Source of the DNA: Octopus sinensis
Taxonomy: Eukaryota
DNA length: 64,000 nucleotides
Assembly (NCBI RefSeq): GCF_006345805.1
Contig: NC_043010.1
Span: forward strand, 61,070,001 to 61,134,000
Reading direction: 5' to 3'
Shown: piece by piece, positions 1-13,769 of the stretch
Layout of the letters: each line of letters starts with the position of its first letter
How positions within the stretch are numbered: the first letter of the stretch is position 1
Program-made: the position numbers and the translations under genes
Notes under the pieces: generated by a model
The model's input: the letters and a program-made list of their open reading frames with translations, nothing else
The model's database searches: none
What the model was told of the DNA's origin: nothing

Positions 1-602
1 TAAAGAGGGGAAGGGGGAGATAGAGAGAGAGATAGAAAGAAGTAGAGACGGTGAAGGAACGGGGAGGAATGTGAAGAAGAGAAAGTTAGATAAGAGAGAG
101 ATAAAGAGAGGAAGGGAGAGATAGAGAAAGATAGACACGTAGTGGTGGTGAGGGGGTGTAGGTATGTGGAGGAGAGGAAGTCAGATAATAGAGAGATAAA
201 GAGGGGAGGGAGAGATCTGTATGGAAGTCGAAGCTATATATATGTGTATATATATATGTATATATATATGTATATATACACACACACACACAGATGTACA
301 TAAATCGAACCAAAAGAGCCTCTACGTGGTCGACCGACCTGTTAGAAACTGCAGCCAAATCTCCCTCAATCAACCCCTACCCCATTGCCTTAACCAAGAA
401 TGGACATATTAGATAATGTATAGTTCCAATTGCCCTCCCACCAAAGAAAAAATGACGGGATGGTCGTGGTTGGAATAGCTTTGATCATAGACTTACTGGA
501 TCGGGGTGACCTGGGGCTAAAAAAAAACTATACATGTGTGTGTATGTGCATGTGTGCATGCTATAGAAGAGGAGGAGGAGGAGGAGAGGGACGACTGACA
601 GG

Positions 603-634
<32 letters not shown>

Positions 635-2870
635 GACAAAGTAATAGAGGTGGAGAGAGGGGATGTAGTGTGAGAGAGAGAGAGGAGAGTGAAGGTGTGA
701 GGTATGTACGGTAGAGGTGGAGGCTGCTTGCTCGGCAACAGAGGCAGCAGCAGCGATGATGGCCCAGATGAGGTGAAACTGGTGGTGGGGGGAGGATGGT
801 GGAGAAGTTTGGTGAGCGATTGCTCATGTCTGGGGCAGCAGCAGCAACAACAACAACAACACTATCATCGTCAAACGAAGGCAGACAAACTGAAGCAGTT
901 ATACCGTGGATGAGAATAAACATAGAAACACACAAGCTAAGCATTACAAACAAACTAAAGTCGGGCGTAAATAGATATTCACCCTCCATCTTTCCTTTCC
1001 ACCTCCCTCCATTCACTTCTCTCTTCCTGTTTAAAACCTCTCACTACCACCACTACCTCCCTCTTTCTATCTCTTACACTTTTCATTTATTTCTTCTACT
1101 CTCTCTCTCTCTCCCTCCCACCTTCTCTCACGCTTTTCCTCTTTCTTATTCCCTTTTCCTTTTACTCTCATTCAGACACCTCTCTATCTTTAAGTTCTAT
1201 TTTCTTTCTTTCTTTTCTACATCTTCCTCTTTCTCACCCTCTTCGTCACAAACACGTACACATACGCACTCTCTCTCTCTCTCTCTGCATTCTCTTCTCT
1301 TCTTTCTCTTTTTCCTCTTCCTTTTTCTCACTATCGTTCAACCTCCTCGCTTTCTCACTCTCTATTTCCATTCATTTCTCCTTTCTCTTCCTTCCTCACT
1401 ATATCACCTTCTCTCTTTCTGCTTCTTCATTTCTCTCCTATATTCTTCCTCTTCATTTTACTCTTTTCCCCGTATTTCTAAATTCACTCTCTCTCATACT
1501 CTCTACTTTTCTCCAAGGGGGTAGTGGTGGGGTTTCATTCCTCTAACCCTTCTGCTCCCTACTTTCGTTTTCTTCATCTTTTCTTTTCGCCTTTTTTCTC
1601 TTACCCTTTTCTTTCTTTACTCTTCATTTCCTTCTTGCTCTCCTTTTCTTCTTTCTCTTTCCATTTCCGATTTTCCTCTTCCTCCTCCCAATAATTTTTC
1701 CTCCTTCTCTTAGCACCTCTCTTCCTTCTCACTATTTTCCTCTCCCCTCTCCTCTCTCCATCACTACCTCTCTAATTCTCTCCTCCCACCCACCCACCCC
1801 CGCCGAAAACGGTTTCCCTTTTACACTTTCTTTCCCTCTCCTCTTTTTCCCCACTTCCTCCTACCTTCTTTGATTCTCTTCCTCTTCCTCATAATCCCTT
1901 TTCCTTGTCCTCACTCATCTATCCTCCTTCCACTCCTCTCTCTATATATAAGACGTTACCGTCTGCTAACATTACACGCTGTTTGCTTTTCCTCCTCCTA
2001 CTCTCTATAAGTTCTTCCTCTTTTTCCTCTATTTCTATATCCCTTTCACTACTACTCTCACTCTGACTCCGCCCTCTTGGATTTTGATTCTCTTTACTTT
2101 CTTTTCCTTTTTCTTTTCCTTTCTCTCTCATCAGTTGTCGTGACGTACTTACTCCTTTTTTAGCCTCTTACTACTACTCACACATTCCCTACACTCTTTC
2201 GCTTTACTTTCTCTTCCTTTTCCTCTCCGTCTCTATCTTCCTCTTTTCTTCTTTACTATAGATCTAATGAGAGGAAGAGGATAAGAGAAAACAGAGAAAA
2301 GGAGGGAGATGAGATGGGAGGAGGGGTTGCCATAAAGAAATTAAAAGGAGAGATCGGGAGAGTAAGAATGTGTGTGAGAGAGAGAGAGAGAGAGACTTAT
2401 TGTCCTCCCCCCTCCCTCGTTTTTTACTCTTCCTCCTCTTTTTGTCTCCTTTTACTTTCCCCCTTCTTATTTCGCCACCTTGCATCTAACACGTTTACTC
2501 TATTTCTTTCCCTCCCTTCTTCACCTCTTCCCTTTACTTTCTCTCATAGTTACTACCTTTCCCTCTCTACTTAATCCCCACCCTCCTTTCTTTTTCCCTT
2601 CTCCATCTCCCTCTTCTCTTTCTCCCTCTCTATCATACCGCTAGCTCTATTCGTCTTCTCCCTCTCCTCTCTCCCCTATTTTATTCAACCTGCTCCCTCT
2701 CTCTCTTACCCTCTCTTTCACTCCTTTCTCACAACCACTTACTCAATATTCATCCTACCTCTCTCATTCTCCATACACTCACTCTTTCTCTCCCTCCACC
2801 CCCTACTCTTCCCCCTCTCACACTTTCTATCCCGTTACATTCAACGTCCCCCCCCTCCATCAACATGTCA
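1..2870. repeat. GA/CT-rich low-complexity region with strong purine/pyrimidine strand asymmetry
   Basis: Long irregular (CT)n/(CTT)n tracts on + (about 1000-2260 and 2400-2870) and (GA)n tracts (1-220, 560-720, 2265-2395). Confidence 0.9.
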
Positions 2871-3964
2871 GCCACGTCTCTGCACATTTACACAGTCAGG
2901 TCTACCAAAGTACATGCGCACACATATACATATATAAACACACACACACACAGTTATATACATACATACATACACACACAAACATGGTATCTACCAACAA
3001 CCACGCGACCCTTCTTCCTCCAACAGGCATATGTCTACATTTTCCACACAGATACATGTATTCCAACACACACCACTTTCTACCAACTGACAATCATACT
3101 ACTTCCACACACGTAGACACATACCTCCCATTAAACTCTCATATCCTACACACACCTCTTTCTACCTACAAACATGTGTGCATTTTGTATACATATTTTT
3201 CACACACATTTCCGCAGCATACATACACATATTTCCACATTCATAAGTATGCGTCTTTAACAATAACACACACACACACACATCTTCTGTATGTACATAC
3301 ACATACAGCCACCCATCAACCCACACCCTTCACACACGCACACATAAACACACACACACACACATACAGGATCATGCTAGAAGAATATTGTACACCCACC
3401 AAAGATGGTAAATTTTCTTTATAATATATTCAGTTCTTGCAGCAATACCACAATATAATCTTCACAATTTGCTTCAATCTGACAATACACATTTAGAAAT
3501 AAATATAAAGTCAAGTTGAAGATGTATTATGGATAGAAATAATCTAAAGTTTGTCTGTGCATGCATGTGTGTGTGTGTGTGTGTGTGGTTCTCCTCTGCT
3601 TTTCATTATTTAAATTCCTCCTTTAAGGAAAGAGTTGATTTCTAACAAAGACACAACGCTCCATTGTTGGAATGTAGATAATGAAAACTATGTCGCATTT
3701 GAAACTTGAGAAAAGTCTTGCATATTTGCACTGTTCCGCTTATAGATTCTATTTGTAATATATGAATGTATGTATATATATATATACACATATATGTAGC
3801 AAATAAGAAAATGGAGAGGATTATTCTAAAGCATTAGAAAGTATTAGAAGAAAACATACACATACAGTAAGTATATGTTACACACATGTGAGTTAATATT
3901 ACAGAAAAGAGCAAAAAATCAGTTCCTTACAGCCGTTTCTGCCAACCTCACAGAAATATATATA

Positions 3965-4150
3965 CATATGTGACCACGTGTGTACCGTTGGCGATTTTTT
4001 TCCTCTGTCTTCCCTTCTCTGAATCTTTCTGACGAAGAGCTCCACTCGAAACGTTAAACCCTCCTTCTTTCCTGAGCATCCAATAATACTATATTTGTTC
4101 CACGTCCTCGCGTTGTTGTGTTTTTTTGTGCTTTCTTGTTTGGATTAACT
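3965..4150 (+). mobile_element. Short Penelope-like pLTR-type repeat carrying a hammerhead-like motif
   Basis: Contains CTGACGA..GAAACGTT followed by TTCCTGAGC and a T-rich tail ending in (TA)n. Same layout as 26072-26260. Confidence 0.6.
4026..4058 (+). ncRNA. Minimal hammerhead ribozyme-like motif
   Basis: TTT-CTGACGA-A-GAG(CTCCA)CTC-GAAA-CGTT-AAA: core CUGANGA, 3-bp helix II, GAAA, palindromic ACGU stem III, GUU triplet, and only a 3-bp helix I. Confidence 0.5.
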
Positions 4151-4499
4151 TTATATATATATATATTATATATATATATATACAAGAGTATTATTGTAGT
4201 AGATTATCTCAGTAACCATGGGAGCTATGAAAAAATATGACATCACCCCTTCCTTTCTTATTCATTTATCACCCCATCCTTTCTCATTCATAAACACAAG
4301 AGTATTATTATAGTAGATTATCTCAGTAACCATGGAAGCTGTGAAAAAATACAAAGCCCAGCAACACCACCAGATCATTCTACACATCTGTGTAATTTTT
4401 CATGCAGTTCCACCCAGCCGTTTGACCGTGAATCCCAAGACAAGAAAGAATCGCCCGTGTCAAATTTATATGTATAGATATATATATATATCATTATCA

Positions 4500-4760
4500 T
4501 CATCATCATTGTTTAACATTCATTTTCCATGCTGGCATGGGTTGGACATTTTGATAGGAGCTGGTCAGCCAAGGAGATTCCAATTGTCTGTTTTGGCATA
4601 ATTTCAACAGTCGGATGCCCTTCCTAACACCAGCTGCTTAACAGAGTGCACTGGGTGCTTTTTACATGTCACCAGCACAGGTGCATTTACATAGCACTGT
4701 TACAAGTGCACACTATGTAGAACTGAGCATGAGTGCATTTTATGTGCAACCGGCTCCTGC
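4500..4760 (-). mobile_element. SINE with RTE-like 3' tail (decayed)
   Basis: Reverse complement of the recurrent ...CATCC..CTGT..CCAACCCATGCCAGCATGGAAA..GTTAAA(TGA)n family. Confidence 0.65.
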
Positions 4761-5099
4761 AAAGGACATGTCTGTACGTATAGATAACTGCAATTTTACT
4801 TGGATTATGCATGTGTGTGTGTGTGTGTAAACTCTTTAACTAGTTTCATCTTGAGCTACAGCAATGCTGGAGCACCAGTTTTACATATATATATATATAT
4901 AATCATCATCATCATCGTTTAATGTCTGCTTTCCATGCTAGCATGGGTTGGGCGTATGACTGAGGGCTGACAAACCAGATGGCTGCACCAGGCTCTAGTC
5001 TTGATCTGGCAGAGTTTCTACACCTGGATGCCCTTCCTAAAGCCAACCACTCCAAGTGTAGTTGGCTTTTACGTGCTACATACACACACATATATATAT

Positions 5100-5318
5100 A
5101 CGAAAGAGCGCTGAAAAGTTCCTGAATTTAAGGGTATCATGAGAGGTGTGGCTGGAAGCCCAACCTTCTGAGTTCTTTTACAGGGCTCAGAAAAACTGAA
5201 GGACCACTGCAATAAATGTGTGAACCTGAGAGGGGAATATGTTGAATAAAATCATTATCAACTGATCTGTTTGTATTTTCTTTTACTAAAAACCAGGAAT
5301 TTTTCAGAACCCCTCAAA
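5100..5318 (+). mobile_element. Mariner-derived MITE / deletion derivative
   Basis: Imperfect TIRs (CGAAAGAGCGCTGAAAAGTTCCTG ... CCAGGAATTTTTCAGAACCCCTC) at TA. Internal KCVNLRGEYVE* resembles a mariner transposase C-terminus. Confidence 0.6.
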
Positions 5319-5837
5319 TATGATATGTACTTATTTATATTGAGCTTTAATAATGACAATTTAGAATTATACTGAAGAGTTACTCAATATTTTTGGTAGA
5401 GTGTGTGTTTATTACACTTTTAAAAGTAGAAGAGTGACAGACACCTTTTTGAAATTTCAGCCAAAGCTGAAACTTTGAAGCCTTTGTCATCCCATTACTT
5501 GTAAAAATATAACACACACATACTTTACTGTAACTTGGGTGACTGGCCCCTGTTGCCCTCCTTCTTCCTGTCACATCTTCTCTTTCATCTTTCTCTCTCC
5601 ACCTGAGGAAGCCAAGTTTCCCTTGTAAAGCAAGACACCTTTTCTATCCCTCAATACCACTCTTCCCATCTCAGTTGAGGGGTCTTTGTCTTGCAAGTTG
5701 CTTGGTGACCTCACTAGTGCTGGTGCCACATAAAAAGCACCCAATCCACACTCTGTCAAGTGGCTGCCATCAGGAATGGCTTCCAACCATAGAAACTGTG
5801 CCAAAGCCGACAGCAGAGCTTGGTGCAATGTGGATCA

Positions 5838-6190
5838 TCATCATCTAACGTCCGTTTTCCATGCTAGCATGGGTTGGACAGTTTGACCAGGGTCTGGGAA
5901 GCCAGGAGGCTGCAAGAGGCTCCAGTCTGATCTGGCAGTGTTTCTACATCTGGATGCCCTTCCTAATGCCAACCACTCCATGAATGTAGTGGGTGCTTTT
6001 TACATGTCACCGGCACAGGGGCCAGATGAGGCTGGCAAACGGCCACAATTGGTTGGTGCTTTTTACGTGTCACCGACACAGACACCAGTCAGGTGGCGCT
6101 GGCTTCGGCCACGTTCGGATGGTGCTTTTTATGTGCCACCGGCTTGGGTATCACAACTACAATTTCCATTTGATTTTTATTTTGATGTTG
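5838..6190 (-). mobile_element. SINE with RTE-like 3' tail
   Basis: Well-preserved reverse copy of the family also at 8560-8862, 25725-26070, 35273-35750 and 49312-49525. Confidence 0.75.
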
Positions 6191-6326
6191 ATGAAAAAAA
6201 AAAAAAATATTATTATCTGATATTCAGACTGGATCCTGGGGCAGTTCTCCAGCTTACCAGTTCCAGTCAAACAGTCTAACCCGTACCAATGTGGGAAGCA
6301 GATGCTAAATGATGATGATATTAACA

Positions 6327-6560
6327 AAGGCAGCGAGCTGGCGGAACCGTTAGCACGCCGGGCGAAATGCGTAACCGTATTTCGTCTGTCTTTACGTTCT
6401 GAGTTCAAATTCCACCGAGGTCGACTTTGCCTTTCATCCTTTCGGGGGTCGATAAATTAAGTACCTGTTACGCACTGGGGTCAATGCAATCGACTTAATC
6501 CGTTTGTCTGTCCTTGTTTGTCCCCTCTCTGTTTAGCCCCTTGTGGACAATAAAGAAACA
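6327..6560 (+). mobile_element. tRNA-derived SINE
   Basis: A-box-like GAGCTGGCGGAACCGTTAGC, B-box GAGTTCAAATTCC, central GTCGACTTTGCCTTTCATCCTTTCGGGGTCGATAAA domain, A-rich end. Many homologs in the window. Confidence 0.8.
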
Positions 6561-6749
6561 TATATTAACACTGACTGACTTCATTGCACTGGCTGAAGTG
6601 TGGACGAGAGAATTATCAAGTTGATATATAATATTGTACACTTGTAGAAATTCAAATTAACATATTTAAAAAGAATATTTACTGGTATTTATTAGTCAAT
6701 GATGCCATCACTATTTCAGTCAGTTTGAGAATAAACTCTTTTATTGCTT

Positions 6750-7105
6750 ACCTGTATGTAACGACACTTCGTTTGATGATACAAACTTTCTGTTTTAGTG
6801 ATTCCAGTCAAAACCCTTCATCCATCCAGATTCCATGTTCAATACCAGCTTAATAATGACCAAATTATTTTACTAATTATTCATTATTTTCAAAATTAAT
6901 TGAAATTAAAGCAGTTCAACAGAAATATGGTAACAGAAAGGTTAACGAGATCTAAATTAAAATCTTTCATCCAAATTTTAGGTTAATTTATGTTCTCAAT
7001 GCCAGCTTAATAACGACCAAGTTATTTTATTAAACTCTTTATTTTCAATATTAATTAAAATTAATCAATGTATTTCAACAGAAATACGGTAACAAAAGGG
7101 TTTTA
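6750..7105. mobile_element. Two tandem partial copies of a piggyBac-like (TTAA) MITE
   Basis: Both units end in ..CAACAGAAATA.GGTAAC..AAGG.TTAA-like termini homologous to 10773-10977. Confidence 0.55.
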
Positions 7106-7270
7106 AAACAATAATTATGAAAGAGGAAAAGACAACCTTATTTTAATGATAAACTCATCCGTGAATTAACTGATTGTCTAGGGTGATGCGTGTGATGGTG
7201 AGGAGATGTTGTTTGGTGTAAAAAGTGATCGTACAGTAATAAGCACATGTTGTGTGGGATTTAATGCAGT

Positions 7271-7648
7271 AACATTGACATCATGTGTTGAGGTACATCT
7301 CATCCAACAGTACCACAAACTCTACCCTAACCGATTGAAACTCCACCAGTTCTATGCAGACTAACATTGACATCATGTGTTGAGGTACATCTCATCCAAC
7401 AGTACCACAAACTCTACCCTAACCGATTGAAACTCCACCAGTTCTATGCAGACTAACATTGACATCATGTGTTGAGGTACATCTCATCCAACAGTACCAC
7501 AAACTCTACCCTAACCGATTGAAACTCCACCAGTTCTATGCAGACTAACATTGACATCATGTGTTGAGGTACATCTCATCCAACAGTACCACAAACTCTA
7601 CCCTAACCGATTGAAACTCCACCAGTTCTATGCAGACTAACATTGACA
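7271..7648. repeat. Tandem repeat, 92 bp x 4 identical copies plus 10 bp
   Basis: Units start at 7271, 7363, 7455 and 7547 (AACATTGACATCATGTGTTGAGG...TCTATGCAGACT). A partial AACATTGACA follows at 7639-7648. Confidence 0.97.
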
Positions 7649-8559
7649 AGAGAATTGCTTTATTATCCGGGGAAGATGGGTTATTAATACTGTCATTATT
7701 CCATCTGTATCCCTCATAGAAACATGGACCACTTCACAGCCAGATGGTTTTGGTTTGGCCATGGCTACATGGGTTTCAATTTTTACCTCACTGTCCCGTT
7801 ATGGTAGAGCTCCATAGTTTTATATTTCAACCCACTCTTATAAGGTGGTGAGCTGGCAGTTGTTAGCGTGGTGGGTAAAGTATTTAGCAGCATTTCGTCT
7901 GTCCTTAAATTCCGAGTTCAAATTCTGTTGAGGTCAACTTTGCCTTTTTTCCTTTCTCGATCGATAAAATAAGTATCATTTGAGCACTGAGGTTGATGCA
8001 ATTGATTTACGCCCTCCTCTGAAATTGCTGGCCTTGTGCCAAAATGTGAAACCAATATTTCAACCCACATTACAATTATGGCCACATGGAGCAGCTACAT
8101 GATTTCCATTTTGCCCAAATGTACTAGCATGGCTAGAAACATTACAACTCCAGGATTTTGACTAGAGTCCCGCACCATGGGTACCTTGGGCAGATGTCCT
8201 CTACTACAGTCTCAGGTTTACCAAAACCTCAAAGAAATTGCACAGAAACCCATTGGATGGACAGTTTCTGTTCATATAAGGGTTACTTAATCTGATAGTT
8301 TGATTTAACAGCATAATCTGGCCAGAGGGGTGCCTTTAGCAGAGTCCACTCTGCTGCAAGTATTCTGTCCAGATGTCCAGTCTAAAAACCCTTCCTCTTT
8401 TCTCCTACCAGTCTCAGAGTTCCTGTAAAGGGCCGTGGGTGTTGCCTTTTCTCCTCCTACTAAGATCTATGACAAAACCCTCTGAGTAGCACCTGCAGTT
8501 TTTGCGTGGGGCAAAGCATCTCAGCTGTTTATTTCACCTTTTAGTAATATAAACTCAGG

Positions 8560-8862
8560 CATGTAAAAAGCACCATTCAAGCGTGGTCAATGCCAGTGCT
8601 GCCTGACTGGTCCTGTGCGAATGGCACATGAAAAGCACCTTTCCATTGTGGTTGATTCCAGTACCACCTGATTGGCCCCCATGCCGGTGGTACATAAAAA
8701 GCACCCACTACACTCTTGGAGTGGTTGGCATTAGGAAGGGTATCCAGCTGTAGAAACATTGCCTGATCAGATTGGAGCCTGATGCAGCCTCCTGGCTTGC
8801 CAGCCCTCAGTCAAACCGTCCAACCCATGCCAGCATGGAAAGCGGATGTTAAATGATGATGA
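8560..8862 (+). mobile_element. SINE with RTE-like 3' tail
   Basis: GTAAAAGCACC..CATCCAGCTGTAGAAA..CCAACCCATGCCAGCATGGAAAGCGGATGTTAAATGATGATG. Confidence 0.75.
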
Positions 8863-10606
8863 TAAGGTGCACCAGTTATTTTATTTCTATGTGAGGTGCA
8901 TCAGCAAGCTTCTCCTTGATCTCCAGTCTCCCATTGGATTCAAAAACATTCAGAAAACCTGACCAATAGGTAATAACAGCCAAATGAACTTCCTATCACA
9001 CACTACAGGCTTATGAAAATGAAGAGCACATCTTTGATACTCTGTATCTGAAAAGGAGACAGAATGGTCATGGCTGGAACTACACATCTTGGATCAACAG
9101 CGCTGGGGGGCATCGAGGGAAGCGGGGCACCACAGGAAAATGATTTAGAACAAAAAAGAAATCATTTTAAACTTGCTAAAATAATATTCAAAATGGTTTC
9201 TATGATTGGAAATATAATTTTGAAGTGTTCATGGTACCGTAGTGCAGATCTGATCAGATGGCAATTAAAAACCATTTAAAATATAAATGAAATAAAATTA
9301 TTCAAAAATGAACATTATTTTCTATCTTATTTTTAGTTTCGTTTCATTACGAAAAATAAAAATTCATGTTATGGTTTATTATTGTTTATATTTTGAGTTA
9401 CATATATATTGGGTTGCGGGCACCAAATCTTTTAAGTGCCTAGGACCCCTCAATGCAGCCCTATTGATCAAAGTTGACTCGGGGTAAATAACAACAAATC
9501 CATAATGATGTAGTTTGACAGCAAACACGACCAGCTGTAACAATGAAACCAAAGAGCGGAACAAGAGATTTATTTGCAACAATCAGTTGAGGATCAATAC
9601 AAGTTTTACATCAAACAGTTTTCGGTTCCTCTTTACATTCACTTCCAATGTTTATAGATTTAGTTCTTAATTATTTTTTATTTTATTTTATTCGTCATTT
9701 ATTTAAGGTTTTTTTTTGGTTTTTTTTTTCCAGTTTGATTTTTGTTAAAATTCATTCTCTTTAACGATGATGTTCTGTTGATTATTTTTTCTCACTCTTT
9801 TATTTATTCACCTCAGACTTTTACAGATTCCGACATTAAATTTAAAAAAAAAAAATTATTTTACATATTCTTACCTCTGCCTCCCTTGAGGTCTACCTGT
9901 CGTTAAGAGAAGACCTCGTCAAGAAAGGAAGGAAATGGAGAAAGAATTAACAGATGTTATTGCCAGGATAAATGACACTGAGTGAATCCAAATATTCAGT
10001 CTTCAGACAACACAGCAGTGCTAAGAAAAATCTTTAAAAAAAATTAATTTAATTCCATTTACAATGAAGATCTGTGATGAGTCAGGACTAAAAACAACAG
10101 TTTATATAGTTATATCATTACAAGCCAGTCCCGTGATGGGATGCCAACTGTTTGCTTGTGCTTTTGTTTAGCCAGGGTGATGGACTAACTCAGGGGAAAG
10201 TTTCTACAACAACTCAGCTTCATCTCACTAACAGACACCAGAGAGATGAAATCAGTAACAGCAGCTGCTGCCAGTAAGGATTGAACCAGCAGTACTAGAG
10301 TTCAAAAAAAAGCCTTTCAAACTAAACCTACATTAACATTTGTAGGTTGAGGAGTGTGGAGATTTACAGTTTATAACAATATACACAATCTGAATGTATG
10401 TGTGTGTGTGTTAAGATATGATTGGTTGTTAGAATAATAGAGACAATAAAATGAGTAAAAGGACTCAATACTAGTTAATAGAGTCAATGCAATTTATTAC
10501 TATCTTTGTTGGTGGAAGATCTATGATCTGTTTTCATCCTTTGATAAGGAGCTAACTCACTGGAACAGATCAGAAGTCTGTCAACAAAGATAACAATACA
10601 CAATAT

Positions 10607-10655
<49 letters not shown>

Positions 10656-10772
10656 TTACACACACTCAGACACACATAAAGAGAGAAAGAAGGACAGAGA
10701 CAGACAAACATTAAAATCTATTGGTAATGCATGTGTGTCTATTTCTATATGATTATAGAAAGATGCATTTAA

Positions 10773-10977
10773 CCCGGCTGAAAACGGCTCTGGCTCTGAG
10801 TACAAATGTCTTGTTTTCATAAGTTTTGAATTAAAATCTTCCACCAAACCTTAGTCACAATTTATGTTCCTAACACTAGCTGAATGATCACGAAGTTATT
10901 TTACTTAATTCTTTGTTATATTTAAAGTAATTGAAAGAAACACAGAGCATCTCAACAGAAATACAGTAACGAAAGGG
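10773..10977. mobile_element. piggyBac-like MITE
   Basis: Flanked by TTAA (10769-10772 and 10978-10981); starts CCC and ends GGG. Confidence 0.65.
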
Positions 10978-13769
10978 TTAAGCTTGTGTATATCCAGGGG
11001 CCAGCTGAGATGGTTGACATCTCTTGTTTACGGTGACTTTTTCATATTCTGGTTTTAAATATAATAAAAACAGTTTTTGTCTTAACTCTATGAGACTCGA
11101 CTACAAAACAAGAGAATCCAAAGAGCCAGTCTTCAGAGAGAGAGACTAACAATAATCTCTAGATAAATGTGTGTGTGTCACCGGAAACGAATTGACAATG
11201 TCTATAATGTACAGCCATGAAGGTGAAGAATGAGTAGGGGACAATGAAAAAAGAAGAGTCTGAGAGGATGGATGGGGGGGGGGGATTAAGAGAATTGATG
11301 AGAGAGAAAGTGAGAAAAATCTAACAATGTGTGAGGTCAACAGATTACACGGCATACATAAATCCAAATACAGACCCATACACATGCCACATATATAGAC
11401 TCATATATACATCTGTCAAAAGACTAATTCCAAAACAAATGTTTACAAACACGGATACAAATGTATATGCATAAAACAAGAGTCCCATAACCTCTTAATG
11501 TATTACTAGATCACTGATGAAGGTCAAGGGAGTTTACATGTAAGTTGTTGTGTTGGATCTTACATATTTGTCACTTTCTCTTTTACTACTAACTAAAAAA
11601 GAAATTAGCTACACATCCTTTCCTCTACTGCAAGGAGTGAGGCTAGGTTAAAAGATAAAGAAGAAAAGGAGAAACTGAGAGAAAAAAACAGTGTGGGAGA
11701 ATAAAGAAAAGAGGCAATGAATTGAGGAAAGATGTAAAAAAAAGTGAATAAACTTTTACTTAGTCACAGTGTTTTCAATTCTAATTATCTTCATGTATAT
11801 AAATATATAGGAATTTGTAACACATTACATTTTCATTTTTAAAAATGCCAAAATACCAGCAACTGAACATTTTCAGAAAGTGAAACAATACTAATACTTT
11901 CAATATATATACATACACACACACTTATGTACATATATGTATACACACACACATATATATTACTTTCCTAATTTTGTGCATAGCCCTATGCCTATTAGTA
12001 TTAAATGCATTGGTTGGAACTGCTGACTTTTCTGGGTCCAAATATTTTCTTGTGTTTCATTATTAAAAATATAGAACTTATTTTTTCATTATTTACTAAA
12101 AATTTCCAAACATTTCATGACAAGAATAATTAACCTGGAAACCACCAACTTATATGGTGTAAATGCTGTCACAGCAGAAAGTTCTTTCTAAATAACTCTC
12201 ATTATGTAAATTCATCTAAATTGCCCGAGACCAAGAACAGATTTTTACCTTAATAGTCCTGTGAGATGGACGTTACCTATGTGTTTTTGAGAAAATGTTC
12301 TTTGACAAATGTGAGCTAACAAAGACATATGTAGAGTGTAGGAAGTTCATTTCATAAATTATATGAAACTTCAGAAAGTCAAATGAAGGTTCACTGACTT
12401 ACACATGCGACATTATATGTGGCAGCAATATTTTAAATTTACAAAATACTGATATAAAGTTGAAATAATGAAACAAAAGAGTCTTGCAAATCAGTAACAA
12501 TATTTATAATAATGGACTCAATCCTACATAAAATAAAAAATTAAAGAAAAAATAAAGAAGACCAATTTGGGACCCAAAAAAGTCAAAACTGTTCAAAAGC
12601 CAATAACTTATAGAATTTATCAAGTGTCTGTTCTGTTCACACACATATAATCATCAGCATTATTTAATACCTAGTCTACATGTTAGCATGGGTTAGAGGG
12701 TTAGAATAATACATATAATCACCTATATAGAATATATCATTCATATATATATATATATATATGTGCACACACAAACACATATACACATACTATAACATGT
12801 AAAATTTAATATACATATGATTTTACTAAGTCATATAATTTTTATATTTTATATCACCAACTGATACAAAATAAACTTTATTGATATTTTGCACAATAAG
12901 AGTAAATCTGTGCTATTTCTTTTTTTATTCAGCAGATGTTACAGGTAATAATTATACTCTGGATCAATCAATCTATATTAATTAAATTAACAACAAAAAT
13001 CAGAATAATTATATTTTAAAAACTCCATTTTATCCTCTCTTCTTACATTATTTCTTCAGTTTTGTTAGTTACTTAAGTTTTCCTAAAGCTCCTTCCAAAG
13101 CATTCGGGATACTCCACATATTTTTTTAATAAAAAAGTAAAAATTCATACTATATCAGTTGATACGAAAAATATACACATAACTTTTCTATTTACATCCA
13201 TGTGTTACTCTAGACTAATCACCTGAAAATTTATTTTGACCATTACAGAAGACATTTGTCTATTTCCGAGGTTATAATAATGCAAACACAACAAGTGATA
13301 AACAATGAGAGAAGAAGACAGTCTGGGAGAATAAAGAACAGCGAAAGGGTGTAATGATGCATAACAAATGGGAGAAGAGTGTGATTGAGAAAATGAAAAG
13401 CATGCCCTGTCAGTTTATCTTACACTTGCAATATATATAAGTCAGTAAATTGATCTGACCAGTTGAGCATCGGATGGAAGGCCTTGGAGGATTTGTTCCA
13501 ACTACAATCTGAAATCAACTCCTGCTGAGGATTGTTTTAAGATCACAAATTAGGATAGCAGTCCAGGGCAGTGGATTGGCAGAAATGTTGGAAAATTGGG
13601 TAAGATGCCTTGTGGTATCTTTTCAGGCTCTTTCTCTTTTGATAGTTATGTCAAGAAGACACAGTGGTGGTCTGCTTTATTGGCCCTTGCCAGACCATTA
13701 AACAACACCAGCAGTATCTAAAGGACAGGGCTGCATACAGGTTTAATGACCCTTCCACGACCCTAAACA

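Noticed and set aside
796-1524. 242-aa hydrophobic ORF that looks membrane-like
   Set aside because: The F/L/S richness comes from the CT-rich tract; no domain signature.
3370-3408. Plus-strand mini-exon encoding MLEEYCTPTKD
   Set aside because: The acceptor lacks a pyrimidine tract, and no partner exons were found.
7271-7648. CRISPR-like array
   Set aside because: Units are fully identical with no variable spacers, and the context is eukaryotic.
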